Shown here piece by piece: positions 24,101-40,000 of a stretch of 64,000 nucleotides of DNA; position 1 is the first letter of the stretch, and every line of letters begins with the position of its first letter. The DNA comes from Paramoeba atlantica (lineage: Eukaryota > Protista > Discosea), in the NCBI GenBank assembly GCA_977017575.1, contig CDRNVI010000192.1, positions 45,520-109,519 on the forward strand, written 5' to 3'. Both the position numbers and the translations under genes were made by a program. The notes under the pieces are model-generated. The model had not been told where the DNA came from. It made no database searches and was given only the letters and a program-made list of their open reading frames with translations.

Positions 24101-26161
24101 GCTTTTTAATTACATTCAAAACCTTTTCAAGTTCGTCAGAAACGCCGGAAGATTTCGATGTTTTCCTATTAAATTATCGAAGTAAAGCAAAAATTATCGA
24201 AGTAAAGTGAAGAAAATATTGTCCTAAGAATCTTCTTCTAAGAAATATTATATGAAATAACGAAACAAAAGTACATTACACGTAAACTTTATGCGTAAAA
24301 GCGCAGTATATGCTAAAGATGTATTCAAGATTGCACTGGTTGGTGCGTGCATGAAACACGTTAACCACTGCACACTTCCTAAAATTCTTTTCGTAAACTC
24401 TTAGAATTTCATTTTGTGTGAATATCGTACTTTGTAGAGATCCTATATAAAGTATACGCCCATTCAGGGTAAGGTTTACAATAACTATCAAAACATATAG
24501 TTGCAGAATAGAATGATATCAACATTCGTTTTGTCGACCTATAATATAAACTACCTAAATCAAAACTATACGATAGGGCATCGCGCCTGGCCGGCGCCAC
24601 CACCCTCTCGCTACTAACTTTCCACCCCTTTCGCGTTATCAGGGTCTGCCTCGGCATAACGAAGTCGGCTGATTTTGTCCGCAGGGTTACTTTTCGTGCT
24701 CACGTACCGCGCATCTACGGCAATTCCTTGCTTTTTAATTACATTCAAAACCTTTTCAAGTTCGTCAGAAACGCCGGAAGATTTCGATATTTTCCTATTA
24801 AATTATCGAAGTAAAGCAAAAATTATCGAAGTAAAGTGAAGAAAATATTGTCCTAAGAATCTTCTTCTAAGAAATATTATATGAAATAACGAAACAAAAG
24901 TACATTACACGTAAACTTTATGCGTAAAAGTGCAGTATATGCTAAAGATGTATTCAAGATTGCACTGGTTGGTGCGTGCATGAAACACGTTAACCACTGC
25001 ACACTTCCTAAAATTCTTTTCGTAAACTCTTAGAATTTCATTTTGTGTGAATATCGTACTTTGTAGAGATCCTATATAAGTATACGCCCATTCAGGGTAA
25101 GGTTTACAATAACTATCAAAACATATAGTTGCAGAATAGAATGATATCAACATTCGTTTTGTCGACCTATAATATAAACTACCTAAATCAAAACTATACG
25201 ATAGGGCATCGCGCCTGGCCGGCGCCACCACCCTCTCGCTACTAACTTTCCACCCCTTTCGCGTTATCAGGGTCTGCCTCGGCATAACGAAGTCGGCTGA
25301 TTTTGTCCGCAGGGTTACTTTTCGTGCTCACGTACCGCGCATCTACGGCAATTCCTTGCTTTTTAATTACATTCAAAACCTTTTCAAGTTCGTCAGAAAC
25401 GGCGGAAGATTTCGATATTTTCCTATTAAATTATCGAAGTAAAGCAAAAATTATCGAAGTAAAGTGAAGAAAATATTGTCCTAAGAATCTTCTTCTAAGA
25501 AATATTATATGAAATAACGAAACAAAAGTACATTACACGTAAACTTTATGCGTAAAAGTGCAGTATATGCTAAAGATGTATTCAAGATTGCACTGGTTGG
25601 TGCGTGCATGAAACACGTTAACCACTGCACACTTCCTAAAATTCTTTTCGTAAACTCTTAGAATTTCATTTTGTGTGAATATCGTACTTTGTAGAGATCC
25701 TATATAAAGTATACGCCCATTCAGGGTAAGGTTTACAATAACTATCAAAACATATAGTTGCAGAATAGAATGATATCAACATTCGTTTTGTCGACCTATA
25801 ATATAAACTACCTAAATCAAAACTATACGATAGGGCATCGCGCCTGGCCGGCGCCACCACCCTCTCGCTACTAACTTTCCACCCCTTTCGCGTTATCAGG
25901 GTCTGCCTCGGCATAACGAAGTCGGCTGATTTTGTCCGCAGGGTTACTTTTCGTGCTCACGTACCGCGCATCTACGGCAATTCCTTGCTTTTTAATTACA
26001 TTCAAAACCTTTTCAAGTTCGTCAGAAACGCCGGAAGATTTCGATATTTTCCTATTAAATTATCGAAGTAAAGCAAAAATTATCGAAGTAAAGTGAAGAA
26101 AATATTGTCCTAAGAATCTTCTTCTAAGAAATATTATATGAAATAACGAAACAAAAGTACA
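21134..26161. repeat. Higher-order duplication, 4-monomer period (2514 bp)
   Basis: Shared variants at 21289/23803, 21646/24160, 21788/24302 and 22888/25402, with identical 628-629-628-629 phasing. Confidence 0.95.
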
Positions 26162-28046
26162 TTACACGTAAACTTTATGCGTAAAAGTGCAGTATATGCT
26201 AAAGATGTATTCAAGATTGCACTGGTTGGTGCGTGCATGAAACACGTTAACCACTGCACACTTCCTAAAATTCTTTTCGTAAACTCTTAGAATTTCATTT
26301 TGTGTGAATATCGTACCTTGTAGAGATCCTATATAAGTATACGCCCATTCAGGGTAAGGTTTACAATAACTATCAAAACATATAGTTGCAGAATAGAATG
26401 ATATCAACATTCGTTTTGTCGACCTATAATATAAACTACCTAAATCAAAACTATACGATAGGGCATCGCGCCTGGCCGGCGCCACCACCCTCTCGCTACT
26501 AACTTTCCACCCCTTTCGCGTTATCAGGGTCTGCCTCGGCATAACGAAGTCGGCTGATTTTGTCCGCAGGGTTACTTTTCGTGCTCACGTACCGCGCATC
26601 TACGGCAATTCATTGCTTTTTAATTACATTCAAAACCTTTTCAAGTTCGTCAGAAACGCCGGAAGATTTCGATATTTTCCTATTAAATTATCGAAGTAAA
26701 GCAAAAATTATCGAAGTAAAGTGAAGAAAATATTGTCCTAAGAATCTTCTTCTAAGAAATATTATATGAAATAACGAAACAAAAGTACATTACACGTAAA
26801 CTTTATGCGTAAAAGTGCAGTATATGCTAAAGATGTATTCAAGATTGCACTGGTTGGTGCGTGCATGAAACACGTTAACCACTGCACACTTCCTAAAATT
26901 CTTTTCGTAAACTCTTAGAATTTCATTTTGTGTGAATATCGTACTTTGTAGAGATCCTATATAAAGTATACGCCCATTCAGGGTAAGGTTTACAATAACT
27001 ATCAAAACATATAGTTGCAGAATAGAATGATATCAACATTCGTTTTGTCGACCTATAATATAAACTACCTAAATCAAAACTATACGATAGGGCATCGCGC
27101 CTGGCCGGCGCCACAACCCTCTCGCTACTAACTTTCCACCCCTTTCGCGTTATCAGGGTCTGCCTCGGCATAACGAAGTCGGCTGATTTTGTCCGCAGGG
27201 TTACTTTTCGTGCTCACGTACCGCGCATCTACGGCAATTCCTTGCTTTTTAATTACATTCAAAACCTTTTCAAGTTCGTCAGAAACGCCGGAAGATTTCG
27301 ATATTTTCCTATTAAATTATCGAAGTAAAGCAAAAATTATCGAAGTAAAGTGAAGAAAATATTGTCCTAAGAATCTTCTTCTAAGAAATATTATATGAAT
27401 TAACGAAACAAAAGTACATTACACGTAAACTTTATGCGTAAAAGTGCAGTATATGCTAAAGATGTATTCAAGATTGCACTGGTTGGTGCGTGCATGAAAC
27501 ACGTTAACCACTGCACACTTCCTAAAATTCTTTTCGTAAACTCTTAGAATTTCATTTTGTGTGAATATCGTACTTTGTAGAGATCCTATATAAGTATACG
27601 CCCATTCAGGGTAAGGTTTACAATAACTATCAAAACATATAGTTGCAGAATAGAATGATATCAACATTCGTTTTGTCGACCTATAATATAAACTACCTAA
27701 ATCAAAACTATACGATAGGGCATCGCGCCTGGCCGGCGCCACCACCCTCTCGCTACTAACTTTCCACCCCTTTCGCGTTATCAGGGTCTGCCTCGGCATA
27801 ACGAAGTCGGCTGATTTTGTCCGCAGGGTTACTTTTCGTGCTCACGTACCGCGCATCTACGGCAATTCCTTGCTTTTTAATTACATTCAAAACCTTTTCA
27901 AGTTCGTCAGAAACGCCGGAAGATTTCGATATTTTCCTATTAAATTATCGAAGTAAAGCAAAAATTATCGAAGTAAAGTGAAGAAAATATTGTCCTAAGA
28001 ATCTTCTTCTAAGAAATATTATATGAAATAACGAAACAAAAGTACA

Positions 28047-31000
28047 TTACACGTAAACTTTATGCGTAAAAGTGCAGTATATGCTAAAGATGTATTCAAG
28101 ATTGCACTGGTTGGTGCGTGCATGAAACACGTTAACCACTGCACACTTCCTAAAATTCTTTTCGTAAACTCTTAGAATTTCATTTTGTGTGAATATCGTA
28201 CCTTGTAGAGATCCTATATAAGTATACGCCCATTCAGGGTAAGGTTTACAATAACTATCAAAACATATAGTTGCAGAATAGAATGATATCAACATTCGTT
28301 TTGTCGACCTATAATATAAACTACCTAAATCAAAACTATACGATAGGGCATCGCGCCTGGCCGGCGCCACCACCCTCTCGCTACTAACTTTCCACCCCTT
28401 TCGCGTTATCAGGGTCTGCCTCGGCATAACGAAGTCGGCTGATTTTGTCCGCAGGGTTACTTTTCGTGCTCACGTACCGCGCATCTACGGCAATTCCTTG
28501 CTTTTTAATTACATTCAAAACCTTTTCAAGTTCGTCAGAAACGCCGGAAGATTTCGATATTTTCCTATTAAATTATCGAAGTAAAGCAAAAATTATCGAA
28601 GTAAAGTGAAGAAAATATTGTCCTAAGAATCTTCTTCTAAGAAATATTATATGAAATAACGAAACAAAAGTACATTACACGTAAACTTTATGCGTAAAAG
28701 TGCAGTATATGCTAAAGATGTATTCAAGATTGCACTGGTTGGTGCGTGCATGAAACACGTTAACCACTGCACACTTCCTAAAATTCTTTTCGTAAACTCT
28801 TAGAATTTCATTTTGTGTGAATATCGTACTTTGTAGAGATCCTATATAAAGTATACGCCCATTCAGGGTAAGGTTTACAATAACTATCAAAACATATAGT
28901 TGCAGAATAGAATGATATCAACATTCGTTTTGTCGACCTATAATATAAACTACCTAAATCAAAACTATACGATAGGGCATCGCGCCTGGCCGGCGCCACA
29001 ACCCTCTCGCTACTAACTTTCCACCCCTTTCGCGTTATCAGGGTCTGCCTCGGCATAACGAAGTCGGCTGATTTTGTCCGCAGGGTTACTTTTCGTGCTC
29101 ACGTACAGCGCATCTACGGCAATTCCTTGCTTTTTAATTACATTCAAAACCTTTTCAAGTTCGTCAGAAACGCCGGAAGATTTCGATATTTTCCTATTAA
29201 ATTATCGAAGTAAAGCAAAAATTATCGAAGTAAAGTGAAGAAAATATTGTCCTAAGAATCTTCTTCTAAGAAATATTATATGAAATAACGAAACAAAAGT
29301 ACATTACACGTAAACTTTATGCGTAAAAGTGCAGTATATGCTAAAGATGTATTCAAGATTGCACTGGTTGGTGCGTGCATGAAACACGTTAACCACTGCA
29401 CACTTCCTAAAATTCTTTTCGTAAACTCTTAGAATTTCATTTTGTGTGAATATCGTACTTTGTAGAGATCCTATATAAGTATACGCCCATTCAGGGTAAG
29501 GTTTACAATAACTATCAAAACATATAGTTGCAGAATAGAATGATATCAACATTCGTTTTGTCGACCTATAATATAAACTACCTAAATCAAAACTATACGA
29601 TAGGGCATCGCGCCTGGCCGGCGCCACCACCCTCTCGCTACTAACTTTCCACCCCTTTCGCGTTATCAGGGTCTGCCTCGGCATAACGAAGTCGGCTGAT
29701 TTTGTCCGCAGGGTTACTTTTCGTGCTCACGTACCGCGCATCTACGGCAATTCCTTGCTTTTTAATTACATTCAAAACCTTTTCAAGTTCGTCAGAAACG
29801 CCGGAAGATTTCGATATTTTCCTATTAAATTATCGAAGTAAAGCAAAAATTATCGAAGTAAAGTGAAGAAAATATTGTCCTAAGAATCTTCTTCTAAGAA
29901 ATATTATATGAAATAACGAAACAAAAGTACATTACACGTAAACTTTATGCGTAAAAGTGCAGTATATGCTAAAGATGTATTCAAGATTGCACTGGTTGGT
30001 GCGTGCATGAAACACGTTAACCACTGCACACTTCCTAAAATTCTTTTCGTAAACTCTTAGAATTTCATTTTGTGTGAATATCGTACTTTGTAGAGATCCT
30101 ATATAAGTATACGCCCATTCAGGGTAAGGTTTACAATAACTATCAAAACATATAGTTGCAGAATAGAATGATATCAACATTCGTTTTGTCGACCTATAAT
30201 ATAAACTACCTAAATCAAAACTATACGATAGGGCATCGCGCCTGGCCGGCGCCACCACCCTCTCGCTACTAACTTTCCACCCCTTTCGCGTTATCAGGGT
30301 CTGCCTCGGCATAACGAAGTCGGCTGATTTTGTCCGCAGGGTTACTTTTCGTGCTCACGTACAGCGCATCTACGGCAATTCCTTGCTTTTTAATTACATT
30401 CAAAACCTTTTCAAGTTCGTCAGAAACGCCGGAAGATTTCGATATTTTCCTATTAAATTATCGAAGTAAAGCAAAAATTATCGAAGTAAAGTGAAGAAAA
30501 TATTGTCCTAAGAATCTTCTTCTAAGAAATATTATATGAAATAACGAAACAAAAGTACATTACACGTAAACTTTATGCGTAAAAGTGCAGTATATGCTAA
30601 AGATGTATTCAAGATTGCACTGGTTGGTGCGTGCATGAAACACGTTAACCACTGCACACTTCCTAAAATTCTTTTCGTAAACTCTTAGAATTTCATTTTG
30701 TGTGAATATCGTACTTTGTAGAGATCCTATATAAGTATACGCCCATTCAGGGTAAGGTTTACAATAACTATCAAAACATATAGTTGCAGAATAGAATGAT
30801 ATCAACATTCGTTTTGTCGACCTATAATATAAACTACCTAAATCAAAACTATACGATAGGGCATCGCGCCTGGCCGGCGCCACCACCCTCTCGCTACTAA
30901 CTTTCCACCCCTTTCGCGTTATCAGGGTCTGCCTCGGCATAACGAAGTCGGCTGATTTTGTCCGCAGGGTTACTTTTCGTGCTCACGTACCGCGCATCTA

Positions 31001-34000
31001 CGGCAATTCCTTGCTTTTTAATTACATTCAAAACCTTTTCAAGTTCGTCAGAAACGCCGGAAGATTTCGATATTTTCCTATTAAATTATCGAAGTAAAGC
31101 AAAAATTATCGAAGTAAAGTGAAGAAAATATTGTCCTAAGAATCTTCTTCTAAGAAATATTATATGAAATAACGAAACAAAAGTACATTACACGTAAACT
31201 TTATGCGTAAAAGTGCAGTATATGCTAAAGATGTATTCAAGATTGCACTGGTTGGTGCGTGCATGAAACACGTTAACCACTGCACACTTCCTAAAATTCT
31301 TTTCGTAAACTCTTAGAATTTCATTTTGTGTGAATATCGTACTTTGTAGAGATCCTATATAAGTATACGCCCATTCAGGGTAAGGTTTACAATAACTATC
31401 AAAACATATAGTTGCAGAATAGAATGATATCAACATTCGTTTTGTCGACCTATAATATAAACTACCTAAATCAAAACTATACGATAGGGCATCGCGCCTG
31501 GCCGGCGCCACCACCCTCTCGCTACTAACTTTCCACCCCTTTCGCGTTATCAGGGTCTGCCTCGGCATAACGAAGTCGGCTGATTTTGTCCGCAGGGTTA
31601 CTTTTCGTGCTCACGTACCGCGCATCTACGGCAATTCCTTGCTTTTTAATTACATTCAAAACCTTTTCAAGTTCGTCAGAAACGCCGGAAGATTTCGATA
31701 TTTTCCTATTAAATTATCGAAGTAAAGCAAAAATTATCGAAGTAAAGTGAAGAAAATATTGTCCTAAGAATCTTCTTCTAAGAAATATTATATGAAATAA
31801 CGAAACAAAAGTACATTACACGTAAACTTTATGCGTAAAAGTGCAGTATATGCTAAAGATGTATTCAAGATTGCACTGGTTGGTGCGTGCATGAAACACG
31901 TTAACCACTGCACACTTCCTAAAATTCTTTTCGTAAACTCTTAGAATTTCATTTTGTGTGAATATCGTACTTTGTAGAGATCCTATATAAAGTATACGCC
32001 CATTCAGGGTAAGGTTTACAATAACTATCAAAACATATAGTTGCAGAATAGAATGATATCAACATTCGTTTTGTCGACCTATAATATAAACTACCTAAAT
32101 CAAAACTATACGATAGGGCATCGCGCCTGGCCGGCGCCACCACCCTCTCGCTACTAACTTTCCACCCCTTTCGCGTTATCAGGGTCTGCCTCGGCATAAC
32201 GAAGTCGGCTGATTTTGTCCGCAGGGTTACTTTTCGTGCTCACGTACCGCGCATCTACGGCAATTCCTTGCTTTTTAATTACATTCAAAACCTTTTCAAG
32301 TTCGTCAGAAACGCCGGAAGATTTCGATATTTTCCTATTAAATTATCGAAGTAAAGCAAAAATTATCGAAGTAAAGTGAAGAAAATATTGTCCTAAGAAT
32401 CTTCTTCTAAGAAATATTATATGAAATAACGAAACAAAAGTACATTACACGTAAACTTTATGCGTAAAAGTGCAGTATATGCTAAAGATGTATTCAAGAT
32501 TGCACTGGTTGGTGCGTGCATGAAACACGTTAACCACTGCACACTTCCTAAAATTCTTTTCGTAAACTCTTAGAATTTCATTTTGTGTGAATATCGTACT
32601 TTGTAGAGATCCTATATAAGTATACGCCCATTCAGGGTAAGGTTTACAATAACTATCAAAACATATAGTTGCAGAATAGAATGATATCAACATTCGTTTT
32701 GTCGACCTATAATATAAACTACCTAAATCAAAACTATACGATAGGGCATCGCGCCTGGCCGGCGCCACCACCCTCTCGCTACTAACTTTCCACCCCTTTC
32801 GCGTTATCAGGGTCTGCCTCGGCATAACGAAGTCGGCTGATTTTGTCCGCAGGGTTACTTTTCGTGCTCACGTACCGCGCATCTACGGCAATTCCTTGCT
32901 TTTTAATTACATTCAAAACCTTTTCAAGTTCGTCAGAAACGCCGGAAGATTTCGATATTTTCCTATTAAATTATCGAAGTAAAGCAAAAATTATCGAAGT
33001 AAAGTGAAGAAAATATTGTCCTAAGAATCTTCTTCTAAGAAATATTATATGAAATAACGAAACAAAAGTACATTACACGTAAACTTTATGCGTAAAAGTG
33101 CAGTATATGCTAAAGATGTATTCAAGATTGCACTGGTTGGTGCGTGCATGAAACACGTTAACCACTGCACACTTCCTAAAATTCTTTTCGTAAACTCTTA
33201 GAATTTCATTTTGTGTGAATATCGTACTTTGTAGAGATCCTATATAAAGTATACGCCCATTCAGGGTAAGGTTTACAATAACTATCAAAACATATAGTTG
33301 CAGAATAGAATGATATCAACATTCGTTTTGTCGACCTATAATATAAACTACCTAAATCAAAACTATACGATAGGGCATCGCGCCTGGCCGGCGCCACAAC
33401 CCTCTCGCTACTAACTTTCCACCCCTTTCGCGTTATCAGGGTCTGCCTCGGCATAACGAAGTCGGCTGATTTTGTCCGCAGGGTTACTTTTCGTGCTCAC
33501 GTACCGCGCATCTACGGCAATTCCTTGCTTTTTAATTACATTCAAAACCTTTTCAAGTTCGTCAGAAACGCCGGAAGATTTCGATATTTTCCTATTAAAT
33601 TATCGAAGTAAAGCAAAAATTATCGAAGTAAAGTGAAGAAAATATTGTCCTAAGAATCTTCTTCTAAGAAATATTATATGAAATAACGAAACAAAAGTAC
33701 ATTACACGTAAACTTTATGCGTAAAAGTGCAGTATATGCTAAAGATGTATTCAAGATTGCACTGGTTGGTGCGTGCATGAAACACGTTAACCACTGCACA
33801 CTTCCTAAAATTCTTTTCGTAAACTCTTAGAATTTCATTTTGTGTGAATATCGTACTTTGTAGAGATCCTATATAAGTATACGCCCATTCAGGGTAAGGT
33901 TTACAATAACTATCAAAACATATAGTTGCAGAATAGAATGATATCAACATTCGTTTTGTCGACCTATAATATAAACTACCTAAATCAAAACTATACGATA

Positions 34001-37000
34001 GGGCATCGCGCCTGGCCGGCGCCACCACCCTCTCGCTACTAACTTTCCACCCCTTTCGCGTTATCAGGGTCTGCCTCGGCATAACGAAGTCGGCTGATTT
34101 TGTCCGCAGGGTTACTTTTCGTGCTCACGTACAGCGCATCTACGGCAATTCCTTGCTTTTTAATTACATTCAAAACCTTTTCAAGTTCGTCAGAAACGCC
34201 GGAAGATTTCGATATTTTCCTATTAAATTATCGAAGTAAAGCAAAAATTATCGAAGTAAAGTGAAGAAAATATTGTCCTAAGAATCTTCTTCTAAGAAAT
34301 ATTATATGAAATAACGAAACAAAAGTACATTACACGTAAACTTTATGCGTAAAAGTGCAGTATATGCTAAAGATGTATTCAAGATTGCACTGGTTGGTGC
34401 GTGCATGAAACACGTTAACCACTGCACACTTCCTAAAATTCTTTTCGTAAACTCTTAGAATTTCATTTTGTGTGAATATCGTACTTTGTAGAGATCCTAT
34501 ATAAGTATACGCCCATTCAGGGTAAGGTTTACAATAACTATCAAAACATATAGTTGCAGAATAGAATGATATCAACATTCGTTTTGTCGACCTATAATAT
34601 AAACTACCTAAATCAAAACTATACGATAGGGCATCGCGCCTGGCCGGCGCCACCACCCTCTCGCTACTAACTTTCCACCCCTTTCGCGTTATCAGGGTCT
34701 GCCTCGGCATAACGAAGTCGGCTGATTTTGTCCGCAGGGTTACTTTTCGTGCTCACGTACCGCGCATCTACGGCAATTCCTTGCTTTTTAATTACATTCA
34801 AAACCTTTTCAAGTTCGTCAGAAACGCCGGAAGATTTCGATATTTTCCTATTAAATTATCGAAGTAAAGCAAAAATTATCGAAGTAAAGTGAAGAAAATA
34901 TTGTCCTAAGAATCTTCTTCTAAGAAATATTATATGAAATAACGAAACAAAAGTACATTACACGTAAACTTTATGCGTAAAAGTGCAGTATATGCTAAAG
35001 ATGTATTCAAGATTGCACTGGTTGGTGCGTGCATGAAACACGTTAACCACTGCACACTTCCTAAAATTCTTTTCGTAAACTCTTAGAATTTCATTTTGTG
35101 TGAATATCGTACTTTGTAGAGATCCTATATAAGTATACGCCCATTCAGGGTAAGGTTTACAATAACTATCAAAACATATAGTTGCAGAATAGAATGATAT
35201 CAACATTCGTTTTGTCGACCTATAATATAAACTACCTAAATCAAAACTATACGATAGGGCATCGCGCCTGGCCGGCGCCACCACCCTCTCGCTACTAACT
35301 TTCCACCCCTTTCGCGTTATCAGGGTCTGCCTCGGCATAACGAAGTCGGCTGATTTTGTCCGCAGGGTTACTTTTCGTGCTCACGTACCGCGCATCTACG
35401 GCAATTCCTTGCTTTTTAATTACATTCAAAACCTTTTCAAGTTCGTCAGAAACGCCGGAAGATTTCGATATTTTCCTATTAAATTATCGAAGTAAAGCAA
35501 AAATTATCGAAGTAAAGTGAAGAAAATATTGTCCTAAGAATCTTCTTCTAAGAAATATTATATGAAATAACGAAACAAAAGTACATTACACGTAAACTTT
35601 ATGCGTAAAAGTGCAGTATATGCTAAAGATGTATTCAAGATTGCACTGGTTGGTGCGTGCATGAAACACGTTAACCACTGCACACTTCCTAAAATTCTTT
35701 TCGTAAACTCTTAGAATTTCATTTTGTGTGAATATCGTACTTTGTAGAGATCCTATATAAGTATACGCCCATTCAGGGTAAGGTTTACAATAACTATCAA
35801 AACATATAGTTGCAGAATAGAATGATATCAACATTCGTTTTGTCGACCTATAATATAAACTACCTAAATCAAAACTATACGATAGGGCATCGCGCCTGGC
35901 CGGCGCCACCACCCTCTCGCTACTAACTTTCCACCCCTTTCGCGTTATCAGGGTCTGCCTCGGCATAACGAAGTCGGCTGATTTTGTCCGCAGGGTTACT
36001 TTTCGTGCTCACGTACCGCGCATCTACGGCAATTCCTTGCTTTTTAATTACATTCAAAACCTTTTCAAGTTCGTCAGAAACGCCGGAAGATTTCGATATT
36101 TTCCTATTAAATTATCGAAGTAAAGCAAAAATTATCGAAGTAAAGTGAAGAAAATATTGTCCTAAGAATCTTCTTCTAAGAAATATTATATGAAATAACG
36201 AAACAAAAGTACATTACACGTAAACTTTATGCGTAAAAGTGCAGTATATGCTAAAGATGTATTCAAGATTGCACTGGTTGGTGCGTGCATGAAACACGTT
36301 AACCACTGCACACTTCCTAAAATTCTTTTCGTAAACTCTTAGAATTTCATTTTGTGTGAATATCGTACTTTGTAGAGATCCTATATAAAGTATACGCCCA
36401 TTCAGGGTAAGGTTTACAATAACTATCAAAACATATAGTTGCAGAATAGAATGATATCAACATTCGTTTTGTCGACCTATAATATAAACTACCTAAATCA
36501 AAACTATACGATAGGGCATCGCGCCTGGCCGGCGCCACCACCCTCTCGCTACTAACTTTCCACCCCTTTCGCGTTATCAGGGTCTGCCTCGGCATAACGA
36601 AGTCGGCTGATTTTGTCCGCAGGGTTACTTTTCGTGCTCACGTACCGCGCATCTACGGCAATTCCTTGCTTTTTAATTACATTCAAAACCTTTTCAAGTT
36701 CGTCAGAAACGCCGGAAGATTTCGATATTTTCCTATTAAATTATCGAAGTAAAGCAAAAATTATCGAAGTAAAGTGAAGAAAATATTGTCCTAAGAATCT
36801 TCTTCTAAGAAATATTATATGAAATAACGAAACAAAAGTACATTACACGTAAACTTTATGCGTAAAAGTGCAGTATATGCTAAAGATGTATTCAAGATTG
36901 CACTGGTTGGTGCGTGCATGAAACACGTTAACCACTGCACACTTCCTAAAATTCTTTTCGTAAACTCTTAGAATTTCATTTTGTGTGAATATCGTACCTT

Positions 37001-40000
37001 GTAGAGATCCTATATAAGTATACGCCCATTCAGGGTAAGGTTTACAATAACTATCAAAACATATAGTTGCAGAATAGAATGATATCAACATTCGTTTTGT
37101 CGACCTATAATATAAACTACCTAAATCAAAACTATACGATAGGGCATCGCGCCTGGCCGGCGCCACCACCCTCTCGCTACTAACTTTCCACCCCTTTCGC
37201 GTTATCAGGGTCTGCCTCGGCATAACGAAGTCGGCTGATTTTGTCCGCAGGGTTACTTTTCGTGCTCACGTACCGCGCATCTACGGCAATTCCTTGCTTT
37301 TTAATTACATTCAAAACCTTTTCAAGTTCGTCAGAAACGCCGGAAGATTTCGATATTTTCCTATTAAATTATCGAAGTAAAGCAAAAATTATCGAAGTAA
37401 AGTGAAGAAAATATTGTCCTAAGAATCTTCTTCTAAGAAATATTATATGAAATAACGAAACAAAAGTACATTACACGTAAACTTTATGCGTAAAAGTGCA
37501 GTATATGCTAAAGATGTATTCAAGATTGCACTGGTTGGTGCGTGCATGAAACACGTTAACCACTGCACACTTCCTAAAATTCTTTTCGTAAACTCTTAGA
37601 ATTTCATTTTGTGTGAATATCGTACTTTGTAGAGATCCTATATAAAGTATACGCCCATTCAGGGTAAGGTTTACAATAACTATCAAAACATATAGTTGCA
37701 GAATAGAATGATATCAACATTCGTTTTGTCGACCTATAATATAAACTACCTAAATCAAAACTATACGATAGGGCATCGCGCCTGGCCGGCGCCACAACCC
37801 TCTCGCTACTAACTTTCCACCCCTTTCGCGTTATCAGGGTCTGCCTCGGCATAACGAAGTCGGCTGATTTTGTCCGCAGGGTTACTTTTCGTGCTCACGT
37901 ACCGCGCATCTACGGCAATTCCTTGCTTTTTAATTACATTCAAAACCTTTTCAAGTTCGTCAGAAACGCCGGAAGATTTCGATATTTTCCTATTAAATTA
38001 TCGAAGTAAAGCAAAAATTATCGAAGTAAAGTGAAGAAAATATTGTCCTAAGAATCTTCTTCTAAGAAATATTATATGAAATAACGAAACAAAAGTACAT
38101 TACACGTAAACTTTATGCGTAAAAGTGCAGTATATGCTAAAGATGTATTCAAGATTGCACTGGTTGGTGCGTGCATGAAACACGTTAACCACTGCACACT
38201 TCCTAAAATTCTTTTCGTAAACTCTTAGAATTTCATTTTGTGTGAATATCGTACTTTGTAGAGATCCTATATAAAGTATACGCCCATTCAGGGTAAGGTT
38301 TACAATAACTATCAAAACATATAGTTGCAGAATAGAATGATATCAACATTCGTTTTGTCGACCTATAATATAAACTACCTAAATCAAAACTATACGATAG
38401 GGCATCGCGCCTGGCCGGCGCCACCACCCTCTCGCTACTAACTTTCCACCCCTTTCGCGTTATCAGGGTCTGCCTCGGCATAACGAAGTCGGCTGATTTT
38501 GTCCGCAGGGTTACTTTTCGTGCTCACGTACCGCGCATCTACGGCAATTCCTTGCTTTTTAATTACATTCAAAACCTTTTCAAGTTCGTCAGAAACGCCG
38601 GAAGATTTCGATATTTTCCTATTAAATTATCGAAGTAAAGCAAAAATTATCGAAGTAAAGTGAAGAAAATATTGTCCTAAGAATCTTCTTCTAAGAAATA
38701 TTATATGAAATAACGAAACAAAAGTACATTACACGTAAACTTTATGCGTAAAAGTGCAGTATATGCTAAAGATGTATTCAAGATTGCACTGGTTGGTGCG
38801 TGCATGAAACACGTTAACCACTGCACACTTCCTAAAATTCTTTTCGTAAACTCTTAGAATTTCATTTTGTGTGAATATCGTACTTTGTAGAGATCCTATA
38901 TAAAGTATACGCCCATTCAGGGTAAGGTTTACAATAACTATCAAAACATATAGTTGCAGAATAGAATGATATCAACATTCGTTTTGTCGACCTATAATAT
39001 AAACTACCTAAATCAAAACTATACGATAGGGCATCGCGCCTGGCCGGCGCCACAACCCTCTCGCTACTAACTTTCCACCCCTTTCGCGTTATCAGGGTCT
39101 GCCTCGGCATAACGAAGTCGGCTGATTTTGTCCGCAGGGTTACTTTTCGTGCTCACGTACCGCGCATCTACGGCAATTCCTTGCTTTTTAATTACATTCA
39201 AAACCTTTTCAAGTTCGTCAGAAACGCCGGAAGATTTCGATATTTTCCTATTAAATTATCGAAGTAAAGCAAAAATTATCGAAGTAAAGTGAAGAAAATA
39301 TTGTCCTAAGAATCTTCTTCTAAGAAATATTATATGAAATAACGAAACAAAAGTACATTACACGTAAACTTTATGCGTAAAAGTGCAGTATATGCTAAAG
39401 ATGTATTCAAGATTGCACTGGTTGGTGCGTGCATGAAACACGTTAACCACTGCACACTTCCTAAAATTCTTTTCGTAAACTCTTAGAATTTCATTTTGTG
39501 TGAATATCGTACTTTGTAGAGATCCTATATAAGTATACGCCCATTCAGGGTAAGGTTTACAATAACTATCAAAACATATAGTTGCAGAATAGAATGATAT
39601 CAACATTCGTTTTGTCGACCTATAATATAAACTACCTAAATCAAAACTATACGATAGGGCATCGCGCCTGGCCGGCGCCACCACCCTCTCGCTACTAACT
39701 TTCCACCCCTTTCGCGTTATCAGGGTCTGCCTCGGCATGACGAAGTCGGCTGATTTTGTCCGCAGGGTTACTTTTCGTGCTCACGTACCGCGCATCTACG
39801 GCAATTCCTTGCTTTTTAATTACATTCAAAACCTTTTCAAGTTCGTCAGAAACGCCGGAAGATTTCGATATTTTCCTATTAAATTATCGAAGTAAAGCAA
39901 AAATTATCGAAGTAAAGTGAAGAAAATATTGTCCTAAGAATCTTCTTCTAAGAAATATTATATGAAATAACGAAACAAAAGTACATTACACGTAAACTTT

